From positions 746 through 64,745 of the forward strand of contig JAQTQN010000002.1 in the NCBI GenBank assembly GCA_028712225.1: a stretch of 64,000 bases of DNA, in the 5' to 3' direction. The stretch comes from Methylobacter sp. GTDB taxonomy: Bacteria; Pseudomonadota; Gammaproteobacteria; Methylococcales; Methylomonadaceae. The notes beneath the pieces are model-generated. The model did not search any database. It was not told where the DNA came from and worked only from the letters and a program-made list of their open reading frames with translations. The position numbers were made by a program, and so were the translations under genes. Positions 19,137-28,424 of the stretch are shown piece after piece (position 1 is the first letter of the stretch; each line of letters starts with the position of its first letter).

Positions 19137-20468
19137 ATGAAACACAAAAAAATCCCCTCTTTACTTTATTTCTTATGGCTGGTGTCAGGGCAAATGGTCA
19201 GTAGCTCTACTTTTGCTGATGTTAATGCAATCTCGATGACCGTTAAACATACCGATATTGCCGAGCTGTTTGAAATGCTATCGCGTCAGCATCATGTCAA
19301 TATTTTGTTATCGCCAGGCGTGGAAGGCAGCGTTTCGGTGAATTTGTACGATGTCAATATTCACGATGCCATTGCGGCTATCGCAACAGCGGCGGGTTTT
19401 GTCGTGGAGAGTAAAAACAATCAATATATTATCGCCAAGCCGTCGGACGCAGGTAAAACCATCGCTGGCGGATTAAAGCAAATCAAAACTTTTAAAATTC
19501 AGTATTCAGATGCAACGAAAACTGGCGATATTGTTAAGAAATATCTTTCGCCTTATGGACGGGCGGACGTATTGGTAGATCGTAATGTGCTTGTTGTAGA
19601 AGATTTACCCGAATTTGTCAGGCAAGCCGAGTTTTTATTAGATCAGTTGGATAAAGCGCCAGCACAAATTCTGATAGAAGCACAAATTTTAGATATAAAA
19701 CTGGATGATGATCGAGCCTTGGGTGTCGATTGGTCTAAAACTATTGGTGATGCCACCGTTAAGTTTAAAGATCTTGCCGCAACTGCGGCTACCGGGGGTA
19801 TGTTTTTTACGTTGCTGAATAAGGATATTCAAATCACCCTAAACGCTTTAAGTAAAAGGGGGCAAGTCACTGTCTTATCAACACCCAAGTTATTGGCGTT
19901 AGAGCATGAGGACGCCGAAGTTATTATCGGTAAGCGCACCGGCTATAAAACCATTTTATCGGTACCCAATGGTGGCGGACAATTGGAGCAAATACAGTTT
20001 CTGGAATCCGGTGTTATTCTCAAGGTGACGCCTTATGTCGACCGGCAGGGTGGGATTATGATGAAAATTCACCCGGAAGTAAGTACTGCAACCTTACCAA
20101 ACGATATACCAGAGCTAGCTACAACAGAGGTAACTACTCGCGTGCTGGTTGAAGATGGACAAATGGTATTTATTGGGGGATTGATTAGTAACGATAGGTC
20201 TGATCTTCAGAATGGCATTCCGTTTTTAGAAGATATTCCATTTATAGGTCGGTTGTTTTCAGGCTCAAGGGAGACGGCCAAAAGAGCCGAAACAGTTGTA
20301 ATGCTAAAGCCGCAAATTATCCACCCTAGAAATATTCCATTGATTACCGATCAAATTAAAGGTGTGGAAAAATTTAATAATGAAAGTGGCGAGAGAGCTC
20401 AAAAAATTGAAGGATTTTTCAAGGATAGAAGCGACTTATGGGACGTTCCCGTTTTGCCTAGAAAATAA
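19137..20468 (+). CDS. Outer-membrane secretin (short PilQ/MshL-like)
   Basis: Signal peptide MKHKKIPSLLYFLWLVSGQMVSSSTFA. An N0-like domain (LFEMLSRQHHVNILL...), an N1 domain and a C-terminal secretin core (GIPFLEDIPFIGRLF). The track start at 19113 is less likely. Confidence 0.85.
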   Translation: MKHKKIPSLLYFLWLVSGQMVSSSTFADVNAISMTVKHTDIAELFEMLSRQHHVNILLSPGVEGSVSVNLYDVNIHDAIAAIATAAGFVVESKNNQYIIAKPSDAGKTIAGGLKQIKTFKIQYSDATKTGDIVKKYLSPYGRADVLVDRNVLVVEDLPEFVRQAEFLLDQLDKAPAQILIEAQILDIKLDDDRALGVDWSKTIGDATVKFKDLAATAATGGMFFTLLNKDIQITLNALSKRGQVTVLSTPKLLALEHEDAEVIIGKRTGYKTILSVPNGGGQLEQIQFLESGVILKVTPYVDRQGGIMMKIHPEVSTATLPNDIPELATTEVTTRVLVEDGQMVFIGGLISNDRSDLQNGIPFLEDIPFIGRLFSGSRETAKRAETVVMLKPQIIHPRNIPLITDQIKGVEKFNNESGERAQKIEGFFKDRSDLWDVPVLPRK

Positions 20469-20471
20469 GGC

Positions 20472-20979
20472 GGTGGGTTGAATCTGTAATCATGAGTAAA
20501 TGTTTCTCCCAAATTCGACCTAATTGATGAGTGGTAATGGGTCAAATATGTAACTTAGCATGAATATCAACGCCAAACTCCACCTTATTAATAAGCAGGC
20601 CAATGACAGTATCGTGCATCAAAACTGACTTGGAAAAACAAATGGTTTTCCTGGTCAATCGTTTGATCCAAGTGCGTAGATTCAAGTTTTTTCGTTCAAT
20701 TTTCTGGGTGTTCTGCTTGCCAACTTGATGTTTGGTAACGTCCAAGTGACGTTCATAAGCCCCCCAATCATCGGTGTACCCAAAGGGCATAAATAAACGG
20801 CTAATATTGAACGGTTCAAGCAATGCCTTCAGTTGCTTGAAAACGTCGTCTTTTCGCCGACCAAAGACCATAAGCCAGTATCCTACTGGTGGCATGGTCA
20901 ATGGTGCTTGTGCCCTTTGGGTATACCACAGCCAACGCGGCTCAGACTTCTTGCCCACATAAGACCATTGTTCGTCCAT
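20472..20979 (-). mobile_element. IS1-family element fragment (C-terminal transposase portion plus terminal end); the N-terminal part is missing
   Basis: The ORF 20542-20979 aligns by eye with the IS1 InsB C-terminus (DEQWSYVGKK..., QKIERKNLNLRTWIKRLTRKTICFSKS). The terminal 50 nt starting GGTGGG at 20472 are repeated at 32790. Confidence 0.7.
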
Positions 20980-21124
20980 GGCCTATATGAATCAGGTAAT
21001 TGATCTTAATCCGTTGGCTGGTCTTAATAACCCTGCTCCTGATTAAGGTTATTATTTATCCCTTCCTATTTTTTTAATTTCTTTTTAAAAAAGTGGAAAG
21101 AAAGTGGAAAGAATCTGATAGACA

Positions 21125-21160
21125 TAAAAAAACCAGTTGAGCATAAAGCCCTAACTGGTT
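21125..21160 (-). terminator. Rho-independent terminator downstream of tRNA-Lys
   Basis: Stem AACCAGTT/AACTGGTT (21131-21160) followed on the minus strand by a T-run (A-run 21125-21132 on plus). Confidence 0.5.
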
Positions 21161-21177
21161 GATTTATATATTAAATA

Positions 21178-21253
21178 TGGTGGGTCGCATGCGATTCGAA
21201 CGCATGACCATCGCATTAAAAGTGCGGTGCTCTACCGGCTGAGCTAGCGACCC
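21178..21253 (-). tRNA. tRNA-Lys (anticodon UUU)
   Basis: The reverse complement GGGTCGCTAGCTCAGCCGGTAGAGCACCGCACTTTTAATGCG...GTTCGAATC...CCACCA folds as a cloverleaf with anticodon loop CTTTTAA and an encoded CCA. Confidence 0.95.
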
Positions 21254-21337
21254 AGTAAAGAATTCTTATTATACAGATAATATTTAAAATGGCAATTTTT
21301 TATGGCTATAAATTCAGGGCAGTCGCGCTTAAAATCA

Positions 21338-21367
21338 TTTGAAATTTGAAATTTGAAATTTGAAATT
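21338..21367. repeat. Heptanucleotide microsatellite (GAAATTT) x about 4
   Basis: tttgaaatttgaaatttgaaatttgaaatt read directly from the sequence. Confidence 0.9.
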
Positions 21368-21401
21368 AGATGAGGTGGTTAACTTACCATTTTGATTTTC
21401 A

Positions 21402-21836
21402 ATGACAGCAAAACCAACCCCTTCTATTATTCATTACTTTTCAAGCATTAAAGACCCCAGAGTAAACAGGCAAAAGAAGCATCGACTACCAGATATTTTC
21501 TTTATCAGCATTTGCGCGATTATTTGTGGCGCTGATAACTGGGTGGCTGTTGAAGCATTTGGTCTAGCAAAAGAAGAGTGGTTCACTCAATTGCTCGGTT
21601 CAGAGCATGGTATACCTTCGCACAACACCTTTGGTGCAGTTTGTGAGGCCCTTGATGCCGACCAGTTTAGCGTCTGTTTTTCCCGCTGGGTTGCTGATTT
21701 AGCCAACATAACCGAAGGAGAAGTCATTGCTATTGATGGCAAATGCTTAAGACGCAGAATAGATAAAGCCTCAAAAAAAGCCGTCATTCATATGGTCAGC
21801 GCTTGGGCGCAACAAAATAATTTGGTTTTGGGCTAG
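21402..21836 (+). pseudogene. ISAs1-family transposase, N-terminal fragment only
   Basis: IKDPRVNRQKKHRLPDIFFISICAIICGADNWVAVEAFG is the DDE_Tnp_1-associated N-terminal domain of ISAs1/H-repeat proteins. The ORF stops at 144 aa, well short of the full length expected for this family (several hundred aa, from memory). Confidence 0.75.
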
Positions 21837-21860
21837 GTTAAAGTCGATGATAATAGGCAA

Positions 21861-21884
21861 TAAAAAGGCTACTAAAAGTAGCCT
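21861..21884 (-). terminator. Hairpin terminator downstream of the tRNA-Ala/Glu/Glu operon
   Basis: AGGCTACT-AAA-AGTAGCCT stem-loop with a T-run on the minus strand. Confidence 0.45.
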
Positions 21885-21897
21885 GTTTTAAGGTTTA

Positions 21898-21973
21898 TGG
21901 CGTCCCCAGGGGGGTTCGAACCCCCGTTACCGCCGTGAAAGGGCGGTGTCCTAGGCCACTAGACGATGGGGAC
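21898..21973 (-). tRNA. tRNA-Glu (anticodon UUC), copy 1
   Basis: Reverse complement GTCCCCATCGTCTAGTGGCCTAGGACACCGCCCTTTCACGGCGG...GGTTCGAAC...GACGCCA. Confidence 0.95.
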
Positions 21974-22035
21974 TAAAGACTTAGTTGGATCTTATTCGCT
22001 ACTTAAAACAGACAGGCGCCAAATGTTTTAAAAAA

Positions 22036-22111
22036 TGGCGTCCCCAGGGGGGGTCGAACCCCCGTTACCGCCGTGAAAGGGCGGTGTCCTAGGCCACTAG
22101 ACGATGGGGAC
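22036..22111 (-). tRNA. tRNA-Glu (anticodon UUC), copy 2
   Basis: Identical to copy 1 except for one T-loop base (TTCGACC versus TTCGAAC). Confidence 0.95.
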
Positions 22112-22130
22112 TAATTATCTATTTTAAATT

Positions 22131-22206
22131 TGGTGGAGCCAAGCGGAATCGAACCGCTGACCTCAACACTGCCAGTGTTGCGCTCTACCAATTGAGCTAT
22201 GGCCCC
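22131..22206 (-). tRNA. tRNA-Ala (anticodon GGC)
   Basis: Reverse complement GGGGCCATAGCTCAATTGGTAGAGCGCAACACTGGCAGTGTTG...GGTTCGATTCC...CTCCACCA. The G3:U70 identity pair is present. Confidence 0.95.
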
Positions 22207-22395
22207 TCAATCAGAAGAACAATTCTACAACAATTTAAAAGCATATCCAATAAAAATTTACCTTTAAATGCAATTAACTTCGACTAATTTGGTCAAAAAT
22301 AAATTAGCTACCCGTTTGAAGGGCTGATTGGATGAGTAAGGTGAAAGGTAAGTTATTAAGGAATGATGTTTCACAATACTTTTTTGAATACACGA

Positions 22396-22695
22396 TTATG
22401 CAACTTGATGCTGTAATTTGTATTCTGTCGGCGACAAATAGCTAATTGATGGTGCAGGCACTCACTGTTGTAAAAAACGCTCAATATAAATTATTTAGCT
22501 TTAACTTGTGGTTGGTAAATCTAATGATGTGTCAGTTCAATTTTCAACATGTGAAATAAGGGTTCTGAAAATGGACTATCTAAGCAGCTCGTCTTTGCAG
22601 GTTTCCGCTTCATATTGCCGGTAATAAGTATTGATGCTGAATAAATAACAATTGCCAGGTAACAGGTTTTTCAGAAATTGGCACTTGGCAGATCC
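22396..22695 (-). pseudogene. IS3-family transposase (OrfB) C-terminal relic, with frameshifts and stops
   Basis: Minus-strand translation across shifted frames gives DLPSANF..., GNMKRKPAKTSCLDSPFSEPLFHMLKIELTHH*, ...VFYNSE and SISYLSPTEYKLQHQVA*. These match the DRGSQY / GSMSRKGNCxDNA..E.FF..LK.E / FYN..R.HS.LGYLSP.EY pattern. Confidence 0.5.
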
Positions 22696-22711
22696 TAATT
22701 AATGGTATTTT

Positions 22712-22995
22712 TTAACTGTTTTTTAAGATGTCGTTTTCGAGAAACGATAGCTGCCGGGATCTACGTCTGTATTCGTCGCAGGTATAACCGGCGTCCGCAA
22801 AAGATGATTCGATCCTCGTTACGCAGCAGCTTAGTTAAAGCGAAAGTGTTGGTCACTGTATGCATGGCGCCGGGACTTACATTAGCATCTATATGAATTT
22901 TTATGTCGAAATACCCGTTACCTTTCGGACTTGATCCATTTTCTTTATTAGAAATGCTTCTCTTCTTGTCTGGCGTTTTTTCTGGTGATACCCAA
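22712..22995 (-). pseudogene. IS5-family transposase relic
   Basis: Minus-strand translation gives KGNGYFDIKIHIDANVSPGAMHTVTNTFALTKLLRNEDRII, then after a 1-nt shift FADAGYTCDEYRRR. Compare the IS5 pattern KGNQWYFGMKAHIGVDA..G..H......A..HD.......L..EE....ADAGY. Confidence 0.45.
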
Positions 22996-23232
22996 AAAAT
23001 GGGGGATTGATTCAGCGCCTTCCTTTCAATTTTGAAGATGAATTAGGCGAAGAAATGTCGATAGATCTACCTTAAGTTGTTAGTAGTCCTTGCGCTTTTT
23101 TTAAAGCGCATGAAGCCATTTCACGATAATTGGTTGGTGAGAGGTATAATAAAAACAATGTTTTCAAAGTACGACAAGACCTTATTTGTTTTTGTTATAC
23201 AGCCTCTTTTAATAACTAAATCAAAAAGTTAA

Positions 23233-24462
23233 ATGAATACACCAAAAAAAGTCGCAATCCTTACCGCAGGCGGTTTGGCGCCTTGCCTTAATTCAGCTAT
23301 CGGTAGTCTTATAGAGCGTTACACAGAAATCGATCCCAGTATTGAAATCATCTGCTATCGCAGTGGTTACAAGGGCTTGTTATTGGGCGATTTTTATACG
23401 GTGACGTCGGCAATACGCGAAAAAGCCGGTTTATTGCACCGTTTTGGCGGCTCAGTGGTTGGTAATAGCCGGGTGAAGCTGACTAATGTTAAAGATTGCA
23501 TCAAGCGCGGTCTGGTTAAGGAAGGTCAGGATCCGCAGCAAGTGGCGGCCGAGCAGTTGATTAAAGACGGCGTTGATGTGTTGCACACTATCGGCGGCGA
23601 CGATACTAATATTGCAGCGGCTGATTTGGCGGCGTATTTGGCAGCCAATAATTACGGGCTGACGGTGATCGGTTTGCCTAAAACCGTCGATAACGATGTG
23701 ATTCCTGTTAAGCAAACGTTGGGTGCCTGGACAGCCGCCGAGCAGGGCGCGCGCTATTTTCAAAATGTAGTGGCGGAAAATAATTCCAATCCGCGGATGC
23801 TGATTGTGCATGAAGTGATGGGCCGTAGTTGCGGCTGGTTGACTGCGGCCACGGCGTTTGATTATCGCAAGTTACTGGAGGGCAGTGAATGGCTGCCGGA
23901 GCTTGGGCTGGACAAGGCGGCGTTTGATATTCATGGCGTGTTTATCCCGGAAATGGCAATTGATATTGCTGCTGAAACCGAGCGTCTGCGTGCGGTGATG
24001 GATAACGTTGATTGCGTGAATATTTTTGTCTCCGAAGGAGCTGGTGTAGCAGAAATTGTGGCGCAAATGCAGGCGAAGGGCGAAGAAGTGCCGCGCGATG
24101 CGTTTGGCCATGTCAAACTGGATGCCGTCAATCCCGGCAAGTGGTTCGGTGAGCAGTTTGCGCAGATGATTGGCGCAGAAAAAACCTTGGTACAAAAATC
24201 CGGCTATTTCGCCAGAGCGGCGGCGGCGAATGTTGAGGATATTCGTTTGATTAAGTCCTGTGCTGATTTAGCTGTGGAATGTGCGTTGCGCGGAGAGTCG
24301 GGATTAATCGGCCATGATGAAGAACGCGGCGGCGTGTTGCGAGCGATCGAGTTTCCGCGTATTAAAGGCGGTAAGCCGTTTGATGTTGATGTCAGATGGT
24401 TTGAGGAATTATTGGCTGAAATCGGTCAAGTTAAGGGGGCTAGGGTTGATACAAGTCATTAG
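23233..24462 (+). CDS. pfp: Pyrophosphate-dependent 6-phosphofructokinase
   Basis: PFK fold (ILTAGGLAPCLN). The diagnostic residues are GGDDT (Asp rather than Gly) and PKTVDND (Lys), which are characteristic of PPi-dependent rather than ATP-dependent PFKs. Confidence 0.9.
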   Translation: MNTPKKVAILTAGGLAPCLNSAIGSLIERYTEIDPSIEIICYRSGYKGLLLGDFYTVTSAIREKAGLLHRFGGSVVGNSRVKLTNVKDCIKRGLVKEGQDPQQVAAEQLIKDGVDVLHTIGGDDTNIAAADLAAYLAANNYGLTVIGLPKTVDNDVIPVKQTLGAWTAAEQGARYFQNVVAENNSNPRMLIVHEVMGRSCGWLTAATAFDYRKLLEGSEWLPELGLDKAAFDIHGVFIPEMAIDIAAETERLRAVMDNVDCVNIFVSEGAGVAEIVAQMQAKGEEVPRDAFGHVKLDAVNPGKWFGEQFAQMIGAEKTLVQKSGYFARAAAANVEDIRLIKSCADLAVECALRGESGLIGHDEERGGVLRAIEFPRIKGGKPFDVDVRWFEELLAEIGQVKGARVDTSH

Positions 24463-24506
24463 TTAACAATGACGGCAAAGCATGTTTAATTTTTAGGAGG
24501 AGGGAA

Positions 24507-25817
24507 GTGATGACTGATAACAATAATGAAAAACAAAAAATAGTCATCGTCGGCGGTGGAGCAGGAGGCTTGGAGCTGGCGATAAGTTTGGGTAATAAAT
24601 TAGCTAATAAAGGCTTAGCGGAAGTCACATTGCTGGACGCCTCGTCGACACATATCTGGAAGCCGTTGTTGCATGAAGTGGCGGCGGGCACCCTGGATGA
24701 GGCTGAAGAAATAGAATATCTGGCGATGGCGCATCGCAATCATTTCCGCTTCCGCTTGGGCAAAATGGAAGGCCTGAACAGGCAGGCTAAAGAAATTTAT
24801 GTCAGCCCCACCGTGAATGATCAAGGCGAAGTGCTGATTCCTAAACGCACGTTCAGTTACGACACCTTAGTCATATCGGTAGGTAGCGTCAGCAATACTT
24901 TTGGCATTAAAGGCGTCGATGAGCATTGCATGTTTCTGGATACCACATCGCAGGCGTTTAAGTTTCAAAAGCAATTGGTGGAGTCTTACATTAAGACTCA
25001 TGTCGGCGTCGACGCGACAAGAGACAAGCCTTTGTCTATCGCGATTGTCGGCGCAGGAGCTACCGGCGTTGAATTATCCGCACAATTGCATGAAGTGACC
25101 GATCTGTTGGCAGTGTTCGGCCTGGAAGGCTCAAGCAAAGTTAAAATCACTATCATCGAAGCCGCCACGCAGCTGTTGCCCGCTTTGCCGCCGCGTTTGG
25201 CAATCGCTACCCAGCAGCAGCTTATTAAGTTGGGTATCGATCTTAAACTGGGCCGACGTGTCACTGAAGTGACCAAAGAAGGCATTTTGACTAATGGCGA
25301 CGAAATGATCGAAGCCGATCTTAAAGTCTGGGCGGCTGGCATTAAAGCGCCGGATTGGTTGAAAGAGCTGGACGGCTTAGAAACCAACCACCTTAATCAA
25401 TTGGTCGTCGATAACACCTTAAAAACCAGTGACGACGACATATTCGCGTTGGGTGACTGCGCGGCCTGTGCGTGGACGGGGCATTCTGAAAACGTTCCTC
25501 CCAGAGCGCAAGCTGCACATCAACAAGCATCGATCTTGGCCAAATCGATTGTCAATCGTTTGCACGGTGGTAAATTAGCCGGGTATGTGTATAAAGATTA
25601 CGGTTCGTTGGTGTCGCTGGGTAAATACACCACCGTCGGTAACCTGATGGGCAATTTAATGGGCACGGTAAGTGTCGGCGGTTTTATTGCCCGCGTGGTG
25701 TATTTATCGCTTTATAAAATGCATCAAGTCGCGATACATGGTTACTTTAGAACGGCGATGTTGACGCTGTCTAACCTGTTCAGGCGCAGCGCTCATGCGA
25801 AAATTAAAATGCATTAA
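24507..25817 (+). CDS. ndh: Type II NADH dehydrogenase (NDH-2)
   Basis: Two Rossmann motifs (IVIVGGGAGGLELA and IAIVGAGATGVELS), a GDCA motif and a C-terminal membrane-anchoring helix. Confidence 0.9.
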   Translation: MMTDNNNEKQKIVIVGGGAGGLELAISLGNKLANKGLAEVTLLDASSTHIWKPLLHEVAAGTLDEAEEIEYLAMAHRNHFRFRLGKMEGLNRQAKEIYVSPTVNDQGEVLIPKRTFSYDTLVISVGSVSNTFGIKGVDEHCMFLDTTSQAFKFQKQLVESYIKTHVGVDATRDKPLSIAIVGAGATGVELSAQLHEVTDLLAVFGLEGSSKVKITIIEAATQLLPALPPRLAIATQQQLIKLGIDLKLGRRVTEVTKEGILTNGDEMIEADLKVWAAGIKAPDWLKELDGLETNHLNQLVVDNTLKTSDDDIFALGDCAACAWTGHSENVPPRAQAAHQQASILAKSIVNRLHGGKLAGYVYKDYGSLVSLGKYTTVGNLMGNLMGTVSVGGFIARVVYLSLYKMHQVAIHGYFRTAMLTLSNLFRRSAHAKIKMH

Positions 25818-25901
25818 AATAACAATTGCTGAAATCAGCCCCAAGTGCATTGGGTTCACTGCGTTGACCCAACCTACCTCAACTTACACAAAAACAATCA
25901 C

Positions 25902-26432
25902 ATGTTAGAAATTGAATACGAATTCCGCGAAGAAGATTTAATTCATTTTAATGAGCTTCAGCTTGAAAGAAATGAAGAAATACAAAGCCACATCAAAAAG
26001 AACCGTTGGATTGTGCCAGGCATAATGGCGCTGATTGGTGCTTTTTATTATTTTTATTATGGCGATAAACCGACAGCGGGCTACATCTTAGCAATCTCCT
26101 TGCTTTGGGCCTGGTTATCACCACGAGTGATGATGTTGGATTTTCGTCGTCAGATCCTCAAAAACTACACCCCGAAAGAAAAAATCAACATGTTCGGCAC
26201 GTACACGTTGTCGATAGATCCTGCTAATCCTCAGTACTTGTTTGAAAAGTCGCCTAGCGGCAAACACAAAATGGCTTGGGCGGATCTGGTACGGGTAGAG
26301 CGGGGCAGACGTTATATTTTTATCTATGTGGATTTGCATACGGCATTGGTTATTCCCTTGGAAACGATGAAAAAAGGCGACCTTAAGCAGTTTGCTAATC
26401 AAGTGGAAACTATGATCGAGCGTTTTGGTTAA
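25902..26432 (+). CDS. YcxB-like small membrane protein (hypothetical)
   Basis: Two central TM helices. I prefer the start at ATG 25902 (MLEIEYEF) over the track start at 25845. Confidence 0.45.
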   Translation: MLEIEYEFREEDLIHFNELQLERNEEIQSHIKKNRWIVPGIMALIGAFYYFYYGDKPTAGYILAISLLWAWLSPRVMMLDFRRQILKNYTPKEKINMFGTYTLSIDPANPQYLFEKSPSGKHKMAWADLVRVERGRRYIFIYVDLHTALVIPLETMKKGDLKQFANQVETMIERFG

Positions 26433-26475
26433 TGACTTCTATGTTTTTAGGTATTGACCGAGCAGCGAAACAGCT

Positions 26476-28374
26476 ATGTTGAACTTCAAGAATTTAAGCT
26501 TACGTCGCGGCACAAGAGTGTTGTTTGCAAATGCTTCTTTTACTGTTCATAAGGGACAAAAAGTGGGATTTACCGGCGCCAATGGTGCCGGTAAATCCAG
26601 TTTGTTTGCGTTAGTCAAAGGTGAGTTGCATCCCGATGAAGGTGATTTTTCTATGCCGCCGGGCTTGGAAATTGCCCATGTTGCTCAAGAAACGCCTGCA
26701 GTTGCCTGTTCCGCCATTGATTACGTTATTGATGGCGATCAGCCGTTACGGCGTTTGCAACAACAACTGCGTGAAGCCGAACTGGTCGATGACGGCTTAA
26801 AGCAGGCGGAGTTGCATAACGCTCTTGATGTCGTTGGCGGTTATACGGCCAATGCCAGGGCGTCACGATTGATGAACGGCCTGGGCTTTACTGCCGATCA
26901 GGAAGCCAATGCCGTCAGCTCATTTTCCGGCGGCTGGCGGATGCGCTTGAATCTGGCGCAGGCGTTGATGTGCCGCTCTGACGTACTGTTACTCGATGAG
27001 CCGACCAACCACTTGGATTTAGATGCGGTTATTTGGCTGCAAGATTGGTTGTGCAAATACCCCGGCACCTTGTTATTGATTTCGCACGACCGGGAATTTT
27101 TGGACACCATTACCGATCACATCGTCCATATCGAGCAAGGCCAGGCGGAAATCTATACCGGCAATTATTCGGCATTTGAACGCATGCGCGCGGAAAAGCT
27201 ATCGCAACAACAATCCGCTTATCTTAAGCAACAACGTGAAATCGCCCATATTCAAAGTTTTGTCGACCGGTTTAAGGCGCAAGCGACCAAAGCCCGTCAG
27301 GCGCAAAGCCGGATTAAGGCGTTGGAGCGCATGGAGCTAATCGCTCAGGCGCATGTCGATTCGCCGTTCGATTTTAGCTTTGCCAAGCCGCAAAAAATGC
27401 CCAACCCGCTGTTGACCTTGGAAAAAGCCGATATAGGTTACGGCCAAACGGTAATTATCAAACAGGCCGGTTTATCAATTTCACCCGGTGACCGTATCGG
27501 TTTGTTAGGGCCCAATGGTGCCGGTAAATCGAGCTTGATTAAAGTGCTGGCGGGTGAAATGCAACCGCTGACCGGTAAACGGTTGGAAGCTGAATCCTTG
27601 AAAATCGGCTATTTCGCCCAGCATCAATTGGAGCAATTGCGCCTTGATGAAAGTCCGTTATGGCACTGCCAGCAATTGGATAAACAAGCGACAGAAAAAG
27701 AGTTGCGCAACTTTTTGGGCGGCTTTGATTTTCGCGGCGATAAGGTGTTGGAAGCGGTCAAACCGTTTTCCGGTGGGGAAAAGGCTAGGTTAGTGTTGGC
27801 GTTGTTGGTTTATCAAAATCCTAATTTATTGTTATTGGATGAGCCTACCAACCATTTGGATTTAGAAATGCGTCATGCCTTAAGCGTGGCGTTGCAAGAT
27901 TATCAAGGCGCTATCGTCATAGTCTCACATGATCGCCATATGCTGCGCTCGGTGACAGATCAGTTGTTATTGGTGGCGGGAGGAAAAGCCCAGCCATTTG
28001 ATGGTGATCTTGACGATTATCGGCAATGGTTGGTCGAGCAAAAAAAGCCGGAAGAGAAATTGCAGATTGAAGATGCACCGGTGGTATCGCGAAAAGATCA
28101 ACGTAAATTGGAGGCTGAGCGTCGGCAAAAACATAAACCGTTATTTGATGCGCTAAAAAAAGCTGAAGCTGCGGTTGAAAAATACCATCAAGAACAAAAA
28201 ACAATCGAGTCCCAGTTGGCTGATCCTGATATTTATGCGGATTCAGAAAAAGACCGGCTTAAACAAACCTTGGCGCGTAAGGTGCAGATTGATAAAGCCT
28301 TGGAAGATGCCGAGACTGCTTGGATGGAAGCTGAAGAGGCGCTTGAACAAACCAAGCTGGAGATGGCTGAATAA
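26476..28374 (+). CDS. ABC-F family ATPase (YheS-like), no TM domain
   Basis: Two ABC cassettes (GANGAGKSS/LSGGW...LLLDEPTNHLD and GPNGAGKSS/FSGGE...LLLDEPTNHLD) and a charged coiled-coil C-terminus. Confidence 0.9.
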   Translation: MLNFKNLSLRRGTRVLFANASFTVHKGQKVGFTGANGAGKSSLFALVKGELHPDEGDFSMPPGLEIAHVAQETPAVACSAIDYVIDGDQPLRRLQQQLREAELVDDGLKQAELHNALDVVGGYTANARASRLMNGLGFTADQEANAVSSFSGGWRMRLNLAQALMCRSDVLLLDEPTNHLDLDAVIWLQDWLCKYPGTLLLISHDREFLDTITDHIVHIEQGQAEIYTGNYSAFERMRAEKLSQQQSAYLKQQREIAHIQSFVDRFKAQATKARQAQSRIKALERMELIAQAHVDSPFDFSFAKPQKMPNPLLTLEKADIGYGQTVIIKQAGLSISPGDRIGLLGPNGAGKSSLIKVLAGEMQPLTGKRLEAESLKIGYFAQHQLEQLRLDESPLWHCQQLDKQATEKELRNFLGGFDFRGDKVLEAVKPFSGGEKARLVLALLVYQNPNLLLLDEPTNHLDLEMRHALSVALQDYQGAIVIVSHDRHMLRSVTDQLLLVAGGKAQPFDGDLDDYRQWLVEQKKPEEKLQIEDAPVVSRKDQRKLEAERRQKHKPLFDALKKAEAAVEKYHQEQKTIESQLADPDIYADSEKDRLKQTLARKVQIDKALEDAETAWMEAEEALEQTKLEMAE

Positions 28375-28424
28375 AAATTTAGCTGTCGGCAGTCATTATT
28401 GGTTCATACACCTGGGGAAAATGC

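Noticed and set aside
21338-21367. Tandem GAAATTT repeats as a possible CRISPR or regulatory array
   Set aside because: The units are 7 nt with no spacers, so it is a simple microsatellite. No CRISPR-like repeat-spacer structure occurs anywhere in the window.
25845-25901. The longer start for the YcxB-like ORF, and the long form (30197) of the cold-shock gene
   Set aside because: The N-terminal extensions have no family counterpart. The internal ATGs give canonical N-termini (MLEIEYEF and [10 protein letters not shown]).
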